The notes under the pieces are model-generated. The model did not search any database. It saw only the letters and a program-made list of their open reading frames with translations, and was not told the DNA's origin. DNA of 64,000 nt from Ostrea edulis (Eukaryota): positions 31,000,001 through 31,064,000 of the forward strand of contig NC_079166.1 of assembly GCF_947568905.1 (NCBI RefSeq), given 5' to 3'. Positions within the stretch are counted from its first letter, which is position 1. Every line of letters starts with the position of its first letter. Both the position numbers and the translations under genes were made by a program. This document shows positions 61,387 to 64,000 of this stretch, piece after piece.

Positions 61387-64000
61387 AATAATGGGACTGT
61401 TTGTGTGTGTGAGTGAGTGTGTGTGTTAATGTGTGTAACACTGAGCTTGTAGACACTCTACCGGTCACCTTGAATTGAAACTTCACATATAGCTTTGTTA
61501 TCAAAGAGAAAAAACCCTAATGATTTTGGGGTTGAATGGTCAAAGGTCAAGGTCACTACCAGCCCTGCTCTGCAGAGCTTTTGTTCTCATTTAAAGCTAT
61601 CTTTTTGTTTGTGCAGCATAGAGATTTCATGATTTGGTAAACTGAAAGGTAAACATTCAAATCTACATTGCCAGCCAAAGGTCAAAATTATAGTTCATGA
61701 TTAAAGGTCAAACCTTCCTTAGTTGGGGACTAAAATGGTTCACAAATGCCTCCTGTTGATTAAGGTTCAGCATACTAGAAGAAATAAAAACTACTGCAGA
61801 TTCCAAATGATCTAAAATTATAGACTTTGATGGTGTGAATGTCCTTTTCTAATTTACAACTCATCTTTGATTAGATAAAACCTAAGATATCTTACGACTG
61901 GTCAGTTTCTGAAGAAATAAAAAACCTTAATACAATGAAAAAAGCCTGATGTATTACAGAGTGCAATCATTAAGAGAAGGCCCGGTGGTAGCCTAGCCTG
62001 ATTGATTTCAGATTATATCTGATCCCGGGATTTGTCAGTCAACGGCTCTGCAGACTGGCTCTATGAATGTCCATTTCTCACCCCACTACAAAAATCAGCA
62101 GCCGATCAGAGAAAGCATTGTAGGTAATTATGGACTGAGGTGTGGACAATGAAGAGAAAGCATTTGGTGACTTCTGTATCTTAATTTTACTGAATGGTGA
62201 AAATAATTGAGCAGATTGCTGTGGAATTTCTCTGGCTGGCTGTGGGATGTGGCAGGTTCTTTCTAGATAGGAAACAGACATTTTCCATTATCATTTGGGT
62301 CTTTCTGTTTTTAGTTGATTTCAAAATCTCTTGAGACAGTACATCTGTGTGACTTTTATTAAGTTTGATTTTGTTCATGAAGACAAACACTTCCCAAGTT
62401 GTTCCGAAGCCTATTACACTGAGATGCTGGTCAAGTTTTCACAATTACGTTCAGAAATATCATGACTCCCTGTTCATCTCAGCTAGTTTCATTTCAAAGT
62501 ATATTTTTACTTATGTACTATACCAATGAGATGTTTCTCAAGGTTTCAATGAATTTACCAAGTAACGTACTGCTCTCACAGAATTTTTTGTTGTTCTGTT
62601 GATTTGTAATTTGGACCTTTTCGTCAACTGAAAGTATTTAAAACTGCAAGCACAGTTTAAGGATACACATCAGCTTTAACTGTGTAATTACTTAGGCATT
62701 CAAAATGTGCATAAATAACAAAACATTGTGTAATTGACTTTTAGAGGTGTACTTGTAGCATTCTTTGTGTACTATGTAGCATTCTTTGTGTTCTAGTGTG
62801 TAGCATTTTTTGTGTACTTTAAATGGGCAACATAGTAATCATGATACAGCGGTCTTGGTTACATCGAGTGCAAGTCCATATAGATTTCTGCAAGCCGACC
62901 ACATCATGATATGGAAATAAAAAAATAATGCATTATGATCTTATTATTCACAGCAGCCAAACGATACCACAAAAGTTTCAAGAAAGTTCAGAAAATGTCA
63001 ATATTCCTAAGTACCTCAACCTTATTCAACCTTAGATCTATAATGCTGTCATGCAGAGAAAAATAATGTGATTGGAAGTAGATCATATTTGTCCAAATCC
63101 AAAGTTTGATACGCGAAGTGGCACTGAGTGACCTTGGCGTGAAGACAAGCAGTTCATGATTTAGTCTCCCCAGCCCTCCATACTCCAATGTACCAGGACC
63201 AGTGCAGAAAATGATGCCTTTTCTTCTTTTTATGAGTCGTAATTTCCACAGAAATTTCATTTCTGCTAAATTACATATCCTGACATCTTTCCAGATCTAA
63301 TGGCTATAGGAGTTTGTTCATCCTCCTATTTATTGGCAATCGTGTTATCTTTTAATAGAAAGTCTCTTTGTTCAGTTAATAGGTATATAGCTGCAAACAA
63401 TTTTTTTTTATAGTAATTAAAAGTACAACTCATTTGACTGTTAAGTTTTCATTGCTTGGAGCACATGCAGTTTTATTATTATGCAACCGTGCAGTGCATG
63501 TCTACAGAAAATTGGGTAATTTTTGAGTTGGGTATGTTTTACTGAGTTTTGCAAAGAAGTGGCATGAATTATTGGCACTTTATTTTTGACGGATTTAGAT
63601 TTTATCCCTTTATGATATACATGAATTGAAAGGACTGTATATGATAAGGCTCATAACATGCCCACCCAGATTGACAGTCATGCTTTTGTTTCAAAATTAA
63701 GTGTAAGAATCATGATACAACTTTAGCTCTTAATCTCGAGCTCAGTGTGATCAAAATAACAAAATCAGAATTATAACATCACAAACATGACGTTTTGCTG
63801 CTGTTTTTGGTATTTTGACTCAAAATAGTTAGTATCCATGTATTTTTCATGCACTGTTTTTCTTCTAAAATCTTTTTGATTTTGGCAATTTTTGTCACCT
63901 GAAGAGTCAACATCTAATAATGTGCCAAAATTACCCAATATTCTGGAATTCCAACTATCGGGAAGTCACTTGTGATTTCTGATGTCTTGTGTCATTTGAA

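Noticed and set aside
62940-63290. 90-aa minus-strand ORF
   Set aside because: No recognisable domain or consistent splice phase; unsupported.

Overview
Eukaryotic, AT-rich, repeat-dense genomic DNA. The repeat families suggest a bivalve mollusc, probably an oyster (inference). There are no prokaryotic features, rRNA, true tRNA or CRISPR arrays. Left half (1 to ~32 kb): a head-to-tail tandem segmental duplication of a ~16 kb unit. Each unit carries two single-exon otopetrin-like (OTOP proton channel family) genes, types A and B. A1 (1513-3099), A2 (17320-18906) and B2 (24990-26537) are intact; B1 (12014-13553) is a pseudogene with a frameshift and an internal stop. All four carry the same substitutions at motif positions conserved in characterised OTOP channels (FYRFF instead of FYRxH; MEF instead of IEY). 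The array is filled with Penelope-like RT fragments, MITEs, TTAA-flanked elements with a tRNA-like internal promoter, and two distinct hammerhead-ribozyme-bearing elements in (TA)n tracts. Right half (~42 kb onward): the 5' exons of a long-intron gene encoding a secreted or type-I membrane protein with a Cys-rich N-terminus (ROS1/sevenless-like, moderate confidence). Its introns hold several minisatellites and nested DNA transposons. One 150-N assembly gap lies at 33509-33658. Boundaries of degraded repeats are approximate.
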